Origin: Longimicrobiales bacterium
Lineage (GTDB): Bacteria; Gemmatimonadota; Gemmatimonadetes; Longimicrobiales; Gaopeijiaceae
Direction of reading: 5' to 3'
Length of the DNA: 64,000 bases
Assembly: GCA_965219445.1 (NCBI GenBank)
Contig: CBDCNQ010000003.1
Span: 416,001-480,000, forward strand
The notes beneath the pieces are model-generated. The model was not told the DNA's origin. It made no database searches and worked only from the letters and a program-made list of their open reading frames with translations. Every line of letters begins with the position of its first letter. Positions within the stretch are counted from its first letter, which is position 1. Made by a program: the position numbers and the translations under genes. Of the stretch, positions 38,609-48,917 are shown in pieces.

Positions 38609-41238
38609 GCGTCCTCCCCCGAAAGAGACTTCTTATGCAGTTCGAACAACAGGTCCAAGGCCTCCTTGGGCGTCATCGCTTCCGGATCGATCGCCCGGAG
38701 TTGCTTTAGCAAGGCCGGCTCACCGGCTGCAAAGAATGAAAGCTGATCGAGCGAAGGTTCCGACGCCGGACGATGAGAGCCGAACCGGCCCAAACCCTCT
38801 CCTCCTCCGGTGTGTGTTCCCTCCAACTCGGTCAGAAGTTCCCTCGCGCGGGCAATCACATTACCGGGGAATCCGGCCAAGCGCGCCACCTGGATTCCGT
38901 ATGACCGGTCGGCGCCCCCCCTCTCGAGCCTGCGAAGGAAAACGATCTCCTCTCCGACCTCCCGCACGGCCACGTTCATGTTCATGACGCCGGGCAGCAG
39001 GTCACCGAGTTGGGTCAACTCGTGATAGTGCGTGGCGAAGATCGTCTTCGCTCCGATTTCTTCATGTAGGTGCTCGGTGACCGCCCAGGCAATGGAAACG
39101 CCGTCGTAGGTGGAGGTGCCGCGACCGATCTCGTCGAGGAGAACGAGGCTCCGCTCGCTGGCGCCATGGATGATGGAGGCGGTCTCGTTCATCTCCACCA
39201 TGAAAGTCGACTGGCCACGAGCCAGGTTGTCGGAAGCGCCCACACGAGTAAAGATCCGGTCGCAGACCGGAAGGCGTGCCCGGTCCGCTGGCACGAACGA
39301 TCCCACTTGCGCCATCAGATGGATGAGCCCGACCTGCCGGAGCACGGTGGACTTTCCCGCCATGTTGGGCCCGGTGAGCACCACGATGCGGCGGGCCTCG
39401 TCCAGCGCCACGTCGTTCGGGATGAACGACTCGGTGGGCATCATCAGCTCGACCACCGGGTGCCGGCTCGCAAGAATTTTCACGTCGAATCCCGTGTGGA
39501 CCTCGGGCCTTACGTAGCCGCGTCTTTCCGCGACGTGGGCTAGCGTGCTCAACACGTCGAGCCGGGCGGCGCGGCTTCCGGCCTCCTGGATTCGCATCAT
39601 CTCGGCCGCCACCCGGGCACGAACCTCATTGAAGAGTGCAGCCTCCAGCTTATCCATGCGGTCCTCGGCGTCGAAGACCCGTTCCTCCCACTCCTTCAGT
39701 TCGGGAGTGAAGTAGCGCTCCGCGTTAGCCAACGTCTGCTTGCGGACATAATCGTCAGGAACCTTATCGAGGTTCGCCTTGCTGACCTCCAAGTAGTACC
39801 CGAACACCTTGTTGAAGCCGACCTTGAGCGATGAAATGTCGGTACGCTCGCGTTCCCGGCTCTGTAGTGCGGCGATGAAGTCGCGGGCACCGTCCCGAGT
39901 CGCTCGAAGCTCGTCCAGATCGGCGGAGTACCCCTCGCGGATGATCCCTCCGTCCTGGAGTGTGGCAGGGGCATCGGGTGAAACGGCGACTTCGACCAAA
40001 TCCCGAACATCCTGAAGTAGATCCGTTTCAGTGACTAGACCTCTTAGAAGCGCGCTCTCCGCGCCCGCGCCCGCCTCCTGGATAGCCGGAAGCTGGGCGA
40101 GCGACCGGCCGAGGCCGAGAAGCTCCCTTGGCGAAACGCGCCCGGCACCCACCTTCCCGGCCAACCGCTCCAGATCGGTCATGCGGCCGAGGGCATCCCG
40201 AAGACGGGTGCGCAAATCGGGCCCGTCGAACAGCTCCGCGACGGCCTCCTGCCTTCGCCAGATCTCCTCCGCATCCACCAAGGGGGTCAGAATCCAACGC
40301 CGGAGCGCCCGTCCACCCATGGCGGTCACGGTCTCGTCGAGCACCCACACGAGCGTGCCGCCCTCCTCGCCTACCCGGAGGGGCTCGACCAATTCCAGGT
40401 TACGACGTGTCATCTCGTCGAGGAGCATCGCACTCCCTCGACGAACGATCTGCGGCCGACGCAGGTGCCCTATTCCTCCAGGCCGGATCTCCGCCACGTA
40501 GGCGAGAAGCGCTCCGGTGGCCTGAACAAGCAAACGGTCCTCCCGTTGGAATCCGAACGCGTCGAGGCTCTGGATCCCATATCGGCGCTTCATCTCGTCG
40601 GCCGCAGAAGCGTAGTCGAAGACCCAGTCGTCGCGGTACGTGCGCAGACGACCGGAGAGCGCAGCACCCCAGGGGTCTAGGCCATTCCCAGCCTCTTCGA
40701 ATACGCGCGGCAACAACAATTCGGTCGGATCGAGCCGGCCCAGCTCGGCTTCCAACTCGGGGACGAGCACGTCTTGGACCGAGAACTCGCCGGTGGAAAG
40801 ATCGAGCGTGGCGAGACCCAGATGCTCCTCCGACGGCTCCGTCAGAGCGACCAAAAAGTTATTTCTCTTTGCGGTCAGGAGCGCGTCCTGAAGGACGGTG
40901 CCGGGCGTCACCGTCTCCGTGACTTCGCGCCGAACGATCCCCTTGGCTTCGGCCGGGTCCTCCACTTGATCACAGATGGCGACCCTCTGCCCCAGCGCGA
41001 CAAGCCGTCCCAGGTACTCGTCCAGTGCCTTGGCAGGAACACCGGCGAGGGGCACGCGAGCGGCCGCTCCGTTGTTTCGAGACGTGAGCGTCAATCCAAG
41101 GAGCCGGGATCCCTCCTCGGCGTCTCCGAAGAACAACTCGTAGAAGTCCCCGACCCGGAAGAAGACGAGAGCGTCCCTGTTCTGGGACTTGACCTCTCGC
41201 CACTGGCGCATCAGTGGGGTATCGTCAGCCTGTGGCAT
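38605..41238 (-). CDS. mutS: DNA mismatch repair protein MutS
   Basis: TPLMRQW, GDFYELF, TGPNMAGKST, STFMVEM, DEIGRGT, FATHYHEL, SYGIQVA. Confidence 0.98.
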   Translation of the reverse strand: MPQADDTPLMRQWREVKSQNRDALVFFRVGDFYELFFGDAEEGSRLLGLTLTSRNNGAAARVPLAGVPAKALDEYLGRLVALGQRVAICDQVEDPAEAKGIVRREVTETVTPGTVLQDALLTAKRNNFLVALTEPSEEHLGLATLDLSTGEFSVQDVLVPELEAELGRLDPTELLLPRVFEEAGNGLDPWGAALSGRLRTYRDDWVFDYASAADEMKRRYGIQSLDAFGFQREDRLLVQATGALLAYVAEIRPGGIGHLRRPQIVRRGSAMLLDEMTRRNLELVEPLRVGEEGGTLVWVLDETVTAMGGRALRRWILTPLVDAEEIWRRQEAVAELFDGPDLRTRLRDALGRMTDLERLAGKVGAGRVSPRELLGLGRSLAQLPAIQEAGAGAESALLRGLVTETDLLQDVRDLVEVAVSPDAPATLQDGGIIREGYSADLDELRATRDGARDFIAALQSRERERTDISSLKVGFNKVFGYYLEVSKANLDKVPDDYVRKQTLANAERYFTPELKEWEERVFDAEDRMDKLEAALFNEVRARVAAEMMRIQEAGSRAARLDVLSTLAHVAERRGYVRPEVHTGFDVKILASRHPVVELMMPTESFIPNDVALDEARRIVVLTGPNMAGKSTVLRQVGLIHLMAQVGSFVPADRARLPVCDRIFTRVGASDNLARGQSTFMVEMNETASIIHGASERSLVLLDEIGRGTSTYDGVSIAWAVTEHLHEEIGAKTIFATHYHELTQLGDLLPGVMNMNVAVREVGEEIVFLRRLERGGADRSYGIQVARLAGFPGNVIARARELLTELEGTHTGGGEGLGRFGSHRPASEPSLDQLSFFAAGEPALLKQLRAIDPEAMTPKEALDLLFELHKKSLSGEDA

Positions 41239-41333
41239 TACGTGGGGTTACAGGGCTCGGGCGTCTCGTGAATGCGAGGATGTGTCGTAGGATACCTGTC
41301 GGCCGGAACCCGATCAACCGACCGCAAAGCGAA

Positions 41334-41382
41334 GAGGATTCCCCACGTCTCGCCAGGAGGATTCCCCATGTCTCGCCAGGAG
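41334..41382. repeat. 23-bp tandem duplication spanning RBS/start of the glycosyltransferase
   Basis: GAGGATTCCCCACGTCTCGCCAG GAGGATTCCCCATGTCTCGCCAG GAG. Confidence 0.85.
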
Positions 41383-42477
41383 AGGGCACCGTTACGGATC
41401 ATCGCCCATGACGGTGCATCCGAGTGGGGCGGCGGGGAGATCGCACTGGTCGATCTTCTGATCGGCCTGGCGAGCCGCGGCCATGAAGTCACGCTCCTTT
41501 GCAACCGAAGGCTGGTGGCGGAGGCGGCACAAGCGAGGGGAGTCGAAACGCGTCTGTTGAGGTTGGGCGGGGACCTTGCCCTCCACCACGCGCTTCGCCT
41601 CGGTTGGGTGCTCCGGCGTAAGCGGCCGGACGCGTTCATCGTCGGGACGTTCCGGAAGCTCTGGCTAGCGGCGGCAGCCGCGAGAATGGCCCGGGTCCCC
41701 AAGGTCATGGCACGGATCGGACTCTCGAGCGACACCCCGAGGAACTTCAAGTACCGGTTCGTCCTGAGACGCTGGGTGGATCACGTGGTCTTCGTAGCCG
41801 ATGCGATGCGCAAGTCATATATCGAGGTTCTACCCGAGCTCGATCATCACTTTACGACGATCTACAAGGGTCTTCCCCAGCTGGGCCCACGCCTCACGAA
41901 GGAGGCCGCGAGGCAGGCCCTCGGCCTGCCGACGAACGTGTCCCTCCTGGGGAGTGTCAGCCGACTCGTTTCCCAAAAGCGCCTGGACCGCCTGCTCGAA
42001 GCCATGGTGTTCCTACACGAAGACGCCCATCTGGCCATCGCGGGAGAGGGTCCACTCCGTGGGGCCCTCGGACAGCGCGCCCGCACGCTCCGACTCCGCA
42101 ACCGGGTGCATTTTCTCGGCTACCAGCCGAGCATCGCACCCTTGATGGACGCCGTCGACGCTCTCGTCATCACGTCTGACCGAGAAGGGATGTCCGGCGC
42201 CATGATCCAGGCGATGTCGAGAGGCGTCCCCGTGGTCTCCACCGATGTCTCGGGTGCGCGTGAAGCGCTGGAGCCCGGACCGAACGGCCGCGCACCCGGA
42301 CTGGTCACGGGCTTCGCACCCCCAGAGATCGCCTCAGCCCTGAACTCGGTTCTATACGACCGAGAACTTCTCGGCGAGATGGGACGCGCCGCAGAGCAGT
42401 GCTATCGGGAACGCTTTTCGTACGAAGGGATGCTGGACGGTTGGGAGGCGTTACTCCACGGCTCTTCTCGGGGATGA
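41368..42477 (+). CDS. GT4 family glycosyltransferase
   Basis: WGGGE, SRLVSQKRL, IAGEGP, ITSDREG...AMSRGVPVVSTDVSG. Confidence 0.9.
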   Translation: MSRQERAPLRIIAHDGASEWGGGEIALVDLLIGLASRGHEVTLLCNRRLVAEAAQARGVETRLLRLGGDLALHHALRLGWVLRRKRPDAFIVGTFRKLWLAAAAARMARVPKVMARIGLSSDTPRNFKYRFVLRRWVDHVVFVADAMRKSYIEVLPELDHHFTTIYKGLPQLGPRLTKEAARQALGLPTNVSLLGSVSRLVSQKRLDRLLEAMVFLHEDAHLAIAGEGPLRGALGQRARTLRLRNRVHFLGYQPSIAPLMDAVDALVITSDREGMSGAMIQAMSRGVPVVSTDVSGAREALEPGPNGRAPGLVTGFAPPEIASALNSVLYDRELLGEMGRAAEQCYRERFSYEGMLDGWEALLHGSSRG

Positions 42478-42512
42478 GCTGCCGTCTCACTCGTCTGCCC
42501 CAGCCGTTCGGC

Positions 42513-42605
42513 TCAGCCCTCTCCTGACAACCAGAAGTACCACACGATCCACACGATTGCCAGAACCGCGCCCACGTTCACAAGAACCACGTCGATGGCT
42601 ATCAC
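42513..42605 (-). CDS. 30-aa single-TM small protein coupled to copA (not in ORF track)
   Basis: GTG overlaps copA TGA; translation [30 protein letters not shown]. Confidence 0.65.
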   Translation of the reverse strand: MIAIDVVLVNVGAVLAIVWIVWYFWLSGEG

Positions 42606-44959
42606 CCGGCCCCTGACTCCGCAACCCCTCGGGGCTTGAAGCCCCTCAGGCGATTCGCGTTGGTCACCACCGTCACCGAACTGAACGCCATGGCCGCCCC
42701 TGCTATGACGGGCGACAACAGGATGCCGAGGAACGGATAGAACACCCCAGCCGCCACTGGAATCCCGAGCACGTTGTAAATGAAGGCGCCCACAAGGTTC
42801 TGCCGGATGTTGGCGAACGTAGCCTCCGAGATCTCCATGAGTTCGACCACGCCCTCCAAGGATCCGCCCATGAGCGTGACGTCGCCGGCCTCCATCGCCA
42901 CGTCCGTTCCGGTCCCGATGGCGATCCCGACATCCGCCTGGGCGAGAGCCGGCGCGTCGTTGATGCCGTCGCCCACCATGGCCACCTTTCCACCCTGCTT
43001 CTGGAGTTCAGCGACGCGGTGGGCCTTCTGCTCTGGCAGCACGCGGGCCAACACGGTATCGACCCCAACCTCTCGTGCTACGGCCCGGGCGGTCGCTTCG
43101 TGGTCACCCGTTAGGATCACGACATGCTTACCCATGGCCTGGAGCCTGCGTATGGCCACCGCCGAATCCGCCTTTACAGGATCGAAGATTCCGAGGGCGC
43201 CCAGAGCCCTCCCCTCCGCCGCGACCAAGATCGGGGTACGCCCCTCCGCCGCCAGCTCGGTCGCCGTCCGCTCCAGGTCCTCGGTTTCCACGCCGGCCTG
43301 CGATAGGAAGGAGGCGGTGCCCACGAGCACGATTCTCTCACCCACAGTGGCCTGCACCCCCTGACCCGGGATCGCCGCAAAATCCGTCGCGCGGTCGGAG
43401 TGGACCCCGCGGACGGAGGCGCCATCGACCACGGCCGCCCCCAGCGGATGCTCCGAACCCGCCTCGACCGCGGCGGCCAGCCCCAGAAGTTCCGCTTCAC
43501 TCACCCCCTCGCGCGGAACCAGATCGGTGAGGGTCGCGGCCCCCTGCGTCACGGTACCGGTCTTGTCGAGCACGATGGTGTCCACGTTGCGGGCCCGCTG
43601 TAACGCCTCGCCGTTCCGGATGAGTATCCCGTGCTCGGCGGCCTTCCCCACGGCGACCATGATCGAGATCGGCGTGGCCAAACCCAGTGCGCACGGGCAA
43701 GCGATCACGAGGACCGCGACCGCCACAACGACCGCGTAGCTCAGCGCAGGCACCGGACCGAACGTGTACCAGGCAGCGAAGGAAATCACAGAAATGATCA
43801 TGACGGAGGGCACGAAGTAGCTCGCCACCACGTCCACCACCCTCTGGATCGGCGGCTTGGCACCCTGCGCATCCCGCACCATCCTGACGATGCGTGACAG
43901 GACCATCTCGCTTCCCACCCGGTCGGCCACGAAGTGGATTACGCCCGAAGCGTTGATCGTGCCGCCGACGACCTCGTCGCCTGGAGCCTTTTCGACAGGC
44001 ATGCTCTCACCGGTGACCATCGACTCGTCCACGGCACTCCGACCCTCCTGAACGAGCCCGTCAACCGGAATCTTTTCTCCGGGGCGCACCACTACCATCT
44101 CACCCACACCCACCTCGGCGGCCGGAATCTCCAACTCCGCACCATCGCGAATGACCCTGGCGAGGGGAGGACGGAGGTCCATGAGGCGTCGAACGGCCTG
44201 GGAGGTCCGGCCCTTCGCTCGGGCCTCGAGCGCCTGCCCGAGCACGACGAGCGTGATTACGACAGCCGCCGCCTCGTAGAACGGGTGGGCCGTCCCCTCG
44301 GGAAAGAGCCCGGGTAAGGCAACCGCCACCGTCGAATAGACCCACGCCGCCCCCGTCCCCAGAGCGACCAGTGTATCCATGTTGGCGTCGTGCCGCCGAA
44401 AGGCCGCCCATCCACCCGTAAAGAAACGCCCACCGACATACACCATGATCGGGATTGTCAAAAAGCCACTGAGGGTCCACAAACCCCGCATCACACCGGG
44501 ACTCAGGTCCTGGAGTCCGGGAACGAACTGCGCATGCCCTATGATCAAAACGGGCACGCCTAGCAGAGCTCCAATCTGGAAGCGGCGAAGAAGCCCCCTC
44601 GCCTCCACCTCCCTTTCCTCGTCACGACGCCGGAGGGTCTCTTCGATGGCCTCCGTCTCGGCGGTCGAGTCGACATCGTAGCCGGCCCCGACCACGGCCT
44701 CTCGAATAGCATCCGTTTCCAGAGCCCCAGGAACGTACTGCACACGGGCGGATTCGGTGGCGAGGCTGACCTCTACGTGAGCGACGCCGGGAACGCCGGC
44801 CACCGCACTCTCCACACGCCGGACGCACGCCGCACAGGTCATTCCGCTAATCGGAATCTCCTGGGTGAGGGGCGCGTTCACCGAATCGGGCTCTACCGCA
44901 GAGGGAGCCGGACCGACCTCAGAATAGGACGGATCACTCGAGGATGACGTACTCTTCAC
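42602..44959 (-). CDS. copA: Cu(I)-transporting P1B-type ATPase
   Basis: GMTCAAC HMA domain, TGES, CPC, DKTGT, SEHP, GDGIND, YN and MAFSS; start uncertain. Confidence 0.95.
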   Translation of the reverse strand: MKSTSSSSDPSYSEVGPAPSAVEPDSVNAPLTQEIPISGMTCAACVRRVESAVAGVPGVAHVEVSLATESARVQYVPGALETDAIREAVVGAGYDVDSTAETEAIEETLRRRDEEREVEARGLLRRFQIGALLGVPVLIIGHAQFVPGLQDLSPGVMRGLWTLSGFLTIPIMVYVGGRFFTGGWAAFRRHDANMDTLVALGTGAAWVYSTVAVALPGLFPEGTAHPFYEAAAVVITLVVLGQALEARAKGRTSQAVRRLMDLRPPLARVIRDGAELEIPAAEVGVGEMVVVRPGEKIPVDGLVQEGRSAVDESMVTGESMPVEKAPGDEVVGGTINASGVIHFVADRVGSEMVLSRIVRMVRDAQGAKPPIQRVVDVVASYFVPSVMIISVISFAAWYTFGPVPALSYAVVVAVAVLVIACPCALGLATPISIMVAVGKAAEHGILIRNGEALQRARNVDTIVLDKTGTVTQGAATLTDLVPREGVSEAELLGLAAAVEAGSEHPLGAAVVDGASVRGVHSDRATDFAAIPGQGVQATVGERIVLVGTASFLSQAGVETEDLERTATELAAEGRTPILVAAEGRALGALGIFDPVKADSAVAIRRLQAMGKHVVILTGDHEATARAVAREVGVDTVLARVLPEQKAHRVAELQKQGGKVAMVGDGINDAPALAQADVGIAIGTGTDVAMEAGDVTLMGGSLEGVVELMEISEATFANIRQNLVGAFIYNVLGIPVAAGVFYPFLGILLSPVIAGAAMAFSSVTVVTNANRLRGFKPRGVAESGAG

Positions 44960-45013
44960 GGGAACCCCCGCATGATTATCCTTCTCGGCGCCCGGCGCTT
45001 CCGGGCCACCGCG

Positions 45014-45583
45014 CTAGAACGCCCCCGAAAGCTTTCCGAAGACGTATAGCACGATCAACACGCCCACGACCGCCACCCAGCGGAGCACTTTTAACGCCGC
45101 TAGCGAATGAGGGTCCACAGCGCTGACCGCCGTCGTCGGCGAACCCGACGACCCACGTCGAATCCCCTTCAACTCCGTGAGGTTCCGAAGGAGGCCTCCA
45201 AGCTTCGCCTCGAGCTCCAGAGGACTGCTCGGCTTCGTGATGAAGTGATTGCCTCCGAGTCCGTAGCTCTTGGCAACATCCTCGTCTCGGTCGGACGACG
45301 AAAGAACCGCTACGGGAACCGAACGAAGCGCGTCATCCCTCTTGATCGCCTCGAGAGCCTCATGGCCTCCCATACCCGGCATTTTCAGGTCTAGTAAGAG
45401 TAGATCGGGGACGGATTCCTTGAGCAGGTCGAGCGCCTCGCTACCTGTGCGAGCCCTCCGGATCTCCACTGGGACGCCAGCGGCCCCCCTAAGAGCACGC
45501 TCGATGATCAGAGTGTAGTCGTCGTCGTCGTCGACGAGAAGCACGCGCCACTCGGTCTTCGGTACCCCCTGGAACTCGTTCAC
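45014..45583 (-). CDS. receiver-domain protein with C-terminal transmembrane helix
   Basis: VLLVDDD, LLLDLKMP, LSSS, FITKP, then WVAVVGVLIVLYVFG; GTG overlaps upstream stop. Confidence 0.85.
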   Translation of the reverse strand: MNEFQGVPKTEWRVLLVDDDDDYTLIIERALRGAAGVPVEIRRARTGSEALDLLKESVPDLLLLDLKMPGMGGHEALEAIKRDDALRSVPVAVLSSSDRDEDVAKSYGLGGNHFITKPSSPLELEAKLGGLLRNLTELKGIRRGSSGSPTTAVSAVDPHSLAALKVLRWVAVVGVLIVLYVFGKLSGAF

Positions 45584-46413
45584 TGCATCGGCTCCTCTTC
45601 GGCCACGTCCATCGCGATCGTCGCCTGGTGCCCGCGTCCCCTCACGCGATCCATCAGCTCGACGGCTCCTGTGCGGTCGAGAAACGCCCCGATTCGCACG
45701 TGCACCAGCGCACTCCCAGTGACGCGGACGAGCCTCGCCCGGAAGCCAGAAGCGTTGACCGACGCCAATAAGTTTCTCGCGCGCTCCTCGTTCTCGAACG
45801 CACCGACCTGGACGGCGTATCGGGTTGACACCGCTTCGGCAGGTTCCGGGGCGTCCACCTCGGGTTCCCGGGATTCGGGTTCCGGGAATTCGGGCTCCAC
45901 GGACCGTATTTCCCGGGATTCGGCATCCGCGAGTTCCGCCTCCCCGACCGCCACGAAGTTCTCGTCGAGCCATTCCTGCGCGCGACGGCGTTGCGGACTT
46001 CTCGGGTAGTCCGTCACCAGGGTCCGGAAATAACCCGCGGCGCGAGGAAGGTCCTCGGCTGCGGCCGAGATCAACCCCAGGCGTAGCAGTGCCTCATCGG
46101 AGTGCGATCCACCCGGGTACTCCAACACCAAACGCTGAAAGTCGAGGCTCGCCATGCGTGGATCCACGGTGAGAATAGCCCTCAACCAGAGCCCCCGCTG
46201 CCGGTCGCGCCGGCCCGATCGCGCGCGATCATTCTCCCACCAAGCCTCGAGCGCGGTCCGGGCTTCGTCCGCTCGGCCGGCCGAGGCCAATGAATCCACC
46301 AGGTCCAAGGTCTCCTGAGCGCCCATCGGAACCGCGACGCCCATCGCCAGGATCAGGGCAGAGAAATGAATTACGCCGCGACGTCTTCGCGGCTCATCAA
46401 CGTAAGAAGCCAT
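45580..46413 (-). CDS. TPR + SPOR domain periplasmic protein
   Basis: Signal peptide, LVLEYPGG/LVTDYPRS TPRs, Glu-Pro linker, YAVQVGAF...VRIGAF; start uncertain. Confidence 0.82.
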   Translation of the reverse strand: MASYVDEPRRRRGVIHFSALILAMGVAVPMGAQETLDLVDSLASAGRADEARTALEAWWENDRARSGRRDRQRGLWLRAILTVDPRMASLDFQRLVLEYPGGSHSDEALLRLGLISAAAEDLPRAAGYFRTLVTDYPRSPQRRRAQEWLDENFVAVGEAELADAESREIRSVEPEFPEPESREPEVDAPEPAEAVSTRYAVQVGAFENEERARNLLASVNASGFRARLVRVTGSALVHVRIGAFLDRTGAVELMDRVRGRGHQATIAMDVAEEEPMQ

Positions 46414-47375
46414 TCTTCCAAGTGATGCTCGTCCGAAAGTGAACTCGCCTTCAATAAGCGATCGACCCGAAGCAGGCCCAATACCGCCAACCGGATTGTA
46501 TCCGTGGTCCATCCCCTGGCCTGCGCATCGATCTGCCCGGAAAGCCACCTTTGATGTGGGGGAAGTACGTCCTCGACGGCCCCCGGGCCGCCCTCAACCA
46601 CCAAGCCGATTCTCAGCAAGTGGGTCGACAGCCCGACGGCCAGACCGACACCGGTCTCACCCTGGTTCAAGAGTACCCGGAGCCCCGTCACGGCCTCTCG
46701 GAAACGGCGTGCCCCTACGAGATCGAACCACTTCCACCGATCCTGCTTCGGCAAAGCGGTCCCCGCTGACCGAACATGCGCCAGGGTAATCCGCTCTTCG
46801 TCTCCGGCAACGGCCGTGAGCTTTTCGAGTTCCCGTGAAAGGATACCTAGATCCGCCCCGATCGCCTGGCCAAGCGCCCTGGCGGCATCAGGCTCCATGG
46901 TCGCCCCGAAACGGGTGACGGCCTCCTCCATCAACCACCCGGGAACGTCATCCTGCGAGATCATGGCAAACTCCACCGATTGAGCCCGCTTGATCAGAGT
47001 CCGGTAAAACTTCGCCTTCGAGCGCTCCGGAATCAGTGCTGAGAGAATCAGGGCGAGATCGGGCATGGGATTTTCGACTAGACCGAGTATGAGATCCCGG
47101 GATCGGGCAGCTCCGGCGAAGGCTTCGGCGCCCCTCACCACAACCACCCTTCGCTCGGCCATCATGGGAGGGGTGGCCAGTATTCGGGCGAGATCCTCAA
47201 CATTTACTTCGGAGGCCACTAGCACATCCAGGTTGAAGTCTCGAGTCCCCTGATCCAGATGAGCGTCCACCAAGGCCTTGACGGCCTCCCCTTTGCGATG
47301 CTCATCATCTCCATAAAGGAAGAAAACCCCGCCCGGGGATCCCTGCGGGAGGACCTGCCGGAGAGGGTTCTTCAT
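46371..47375 (-). CDS. holA: DNA polymerase III delta subunit
   Basis: FFLYGDD, RDFNL, TPPMMAERRVVVV, ELEKL, DRLLK. Confidence 0.88.
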   Translation of the reverse strand: MKNPLRQVLPQGSPGGVFFLYGDDEHRKGEAVKALVDAHLDQGTRDFNLDVLVASEVNVEDLARILATPPMMAERRVVVVRGAEAFAGAARSRDLILGLVENPMPDLALILSALIPERSKAKFYRTLIKRAQSVEFAMISQDDVPGWLMEEAVTRFGATMEPDAARALGQAIGADLGILSRELEKLTAVAGDEERITLAHVRSAGTALPKQDRWKWFDLVGARRFREAVTGLRVLLNQGETGVGLAVGLSTHLLRIGLVVEGGPGAVEDVLPPHQRWLSGQIDAQARGWTTDTIRLAVLGLLRVDRLLKASSLSDEHHLEEWLLTLMSREDVAA

Positions 47376-47409
47376 AGCGGTGGCTGATTCCTCAGATGCG
47401 TTTGTCCGC

Positions 47410-47991
47410 TCAATCGAGACCCGTTCTTCGAAGCATTTGTTCGCCACGATCCCGGTCACCACGATACCGCTCACTCATTGGAGAATACTCATAGAGGAGG
47501 CTCTTCGCGTCGGACCATAGCCCTCCCGGGAACAGACCGGAAGGCGCCGGCACATCGGTAGAGACCGGCGTGGGCCCAAGTGCGTCGGGGTCGAGAGGCG
47601 AGGCGGGCATCGGTGGACCCGATACGACGATCGCCGGTAGAGCGACTTCGGGAATGCCACTCCCGATCGTTGGCGACCAAGCGACCGCGGTGAGCAGAAT
47701 CGCCATCCCCAGCACGGTGACCGCCGGAGTGGCGGAGCCTCTCCCGGTCTGGGCCACCGACCCGGCGTCGTCCACATGGAACAGTCGGTGCTGGAGCCGC
47801 GGGCGGAAGCTCTCGGCGAGTTCAGCCCTGGGCATCACATGGAGTAAGGCCACACTCCGTGAAACGACTTCCTGGTATCGAGCACACTTCTCACACGACG
47901 CCATGTGAGCCTCGGCTTCCTGCCGTATCGGAGCTCCAGTGGGAGCGTCGTAAAACTCTGAAAACTGGCTTAAAAATTCCGAGCAACTCAT
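47410..47991 (-). CDS. zinc-binding (zf-HC2) anti-sigma factor
   Basis: MSC...HMASCEKC, one TM helix; downstream of ECF sigma. Confidence 0.88.
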   Translation of the reverse strand: MSCSEFLSQFSEFYDAPTGAPIRQEAEAHMASCEKCARYQEVVSRSVALLHVMPRAELAESFRPRLQHRLFHVDDAGSVAQTGRGSATPAVTVLGMAILLTAVAWSPTIGSGIPEVALPAIVVSGPPMPASPLDPDALGPTPVSTDVPAPSGLFPGGLWSDAKSLLYEYSPMSERYRGDRDRGEQMLRRTGLD

Positions 47992-48051
47992 AGAGCGAGA
48001 CGGACTCCTGATCCGAGTTCGTGCACGGCAACACGCCGTCGAGCTTGGGTA

Positions 48052-48077
48052 TTACGTGCACCGCTCAGCGGTGTTCC
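48052..48077 (-). promoter_or_regulatory. putative ECF promoter ahead of the anti-sigma gene
   Basis: GGAAC-N16-CGTAA in the sigma/anti-sigma intergenic gap. Confidence 0.55.
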
Positions 48078-48132
48078 CTCTTGGGAGTTGATACTCGGAG
48101 ACCAGCGAAGAGAAAAAGAGGTGTTTGGGAAG

Positions 48133-48774
48133 TCAGTCGAGCGTAGGCGCGATCACTCGGGCGAAATTGTTGCGTGCCCGGTTCAGGCGGCTTTTCACCG
48201 TGCCTAGATTGCATCCCGTGATTTCTGCGATTTCCTCATAGGTCTTGCCCTCGAGCTCACGAAGCACGAAGACGATCCGGTGATGCTCCGGCAACTGGGT
48301 CACTGCCTTTTCGACCAAATCCTTGAGGTGTCGCTTGCGGAAGAGATCGTCGGGTCTGTAGGTCGAGTCCTCCCATTCTAGCGGCCTGTGATCCGCCTCC
48401 CAGTTCTTCCGGATGGTCTGGAAAAGCACCAATGGGTTTCTCGAACGATTCCGTAACTCGTTCTTGGCCAGGTTTCCAGCGATCGTGTAGATCCAGGTTG
48501 AAAACTTCTTGGTCTGGTCGAAACGGTGCATGTGGCGGTACACCCTGACGAACGTCTCTTGTACGAGATCCTGCGCCCGCTCACGATCGCCGACGGTGCG
48601 ATAGACGAAGTTCAAGAGGCGTCCATCGTACCGTTTTACCAGCTCTCCAAAAGCGCGCTCGTCACCGTCCAGGAAGGCCCGGACGACATCACTGTCGCCG
48701 AGTTGCCCCAGCATCTTACGATGCTCTTTTGCCTCGCCTCCCGGCAGAACCCGGATTTCGGCTGTGTTCTTCAC
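48133..48774 (-). CDS. ECF sigma-70 factor (RpoE/SigW-like)
   Basis: AQDLVQETF, FSTWIYTIAGNLAKNELR, GKTYEEIAEI...GTVKSRLNRAR. Confidence 0.95.
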   Translation of the reverse strand: MKNTAEIRVLPGGEAKEHRKMLGQLGDSDVVRAFLDGDERAFGELVKRYDGRLLNFVYRTVGDRERAQDLVQETFVRVYRHMHRFDQTKKFSTWIYTIAGNLAKNELRNRSRNPLVLFQTIRKNWEADHRPLEWEDSTYRPDDLFRKRHLKDLVEKAVTQLPEHHRIVFVLRELEGKTYEEIAEITGCNLGTVKSRLNRARNNFARVIAPTLD

Positions 48775-48825
48775 GTCTCGACTCTCCTTCTACGGAGCAC
48801 TCACCCGTCCCATCCTATCGCCAAC

Positions 48826-48840
48826 GCACATACCGTGCCA
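48826..48840 (-). promoter_or_regulatory. putative sigma54 promoter of the ECF sigma gene
   Basis: TGGCACGGTATGTGC (GG-N10-GC). Confidence 0.6.
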
Positions 48841-48917
48841 CTCCGGTGTATGCCAAAATAACATATTTTTCCGCCCTTCTTACGGACCTGACCGTCCCAC
48901 TCTAGGGACGCCTCATC

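Noticed and set aside
42400..42515. UGA readthrough (selenocysteine) extending the copA-linked microprotein into a cupredoxin
   Set aside because: Downstream frame shows no cupredoxin motifs and runs into the convergent glycosyltransferase
45584..45973. N-terminal extension of the response regulator
   Set aside because: Out-of-frame overlap with the SPOR gene; receiver starts at 45583
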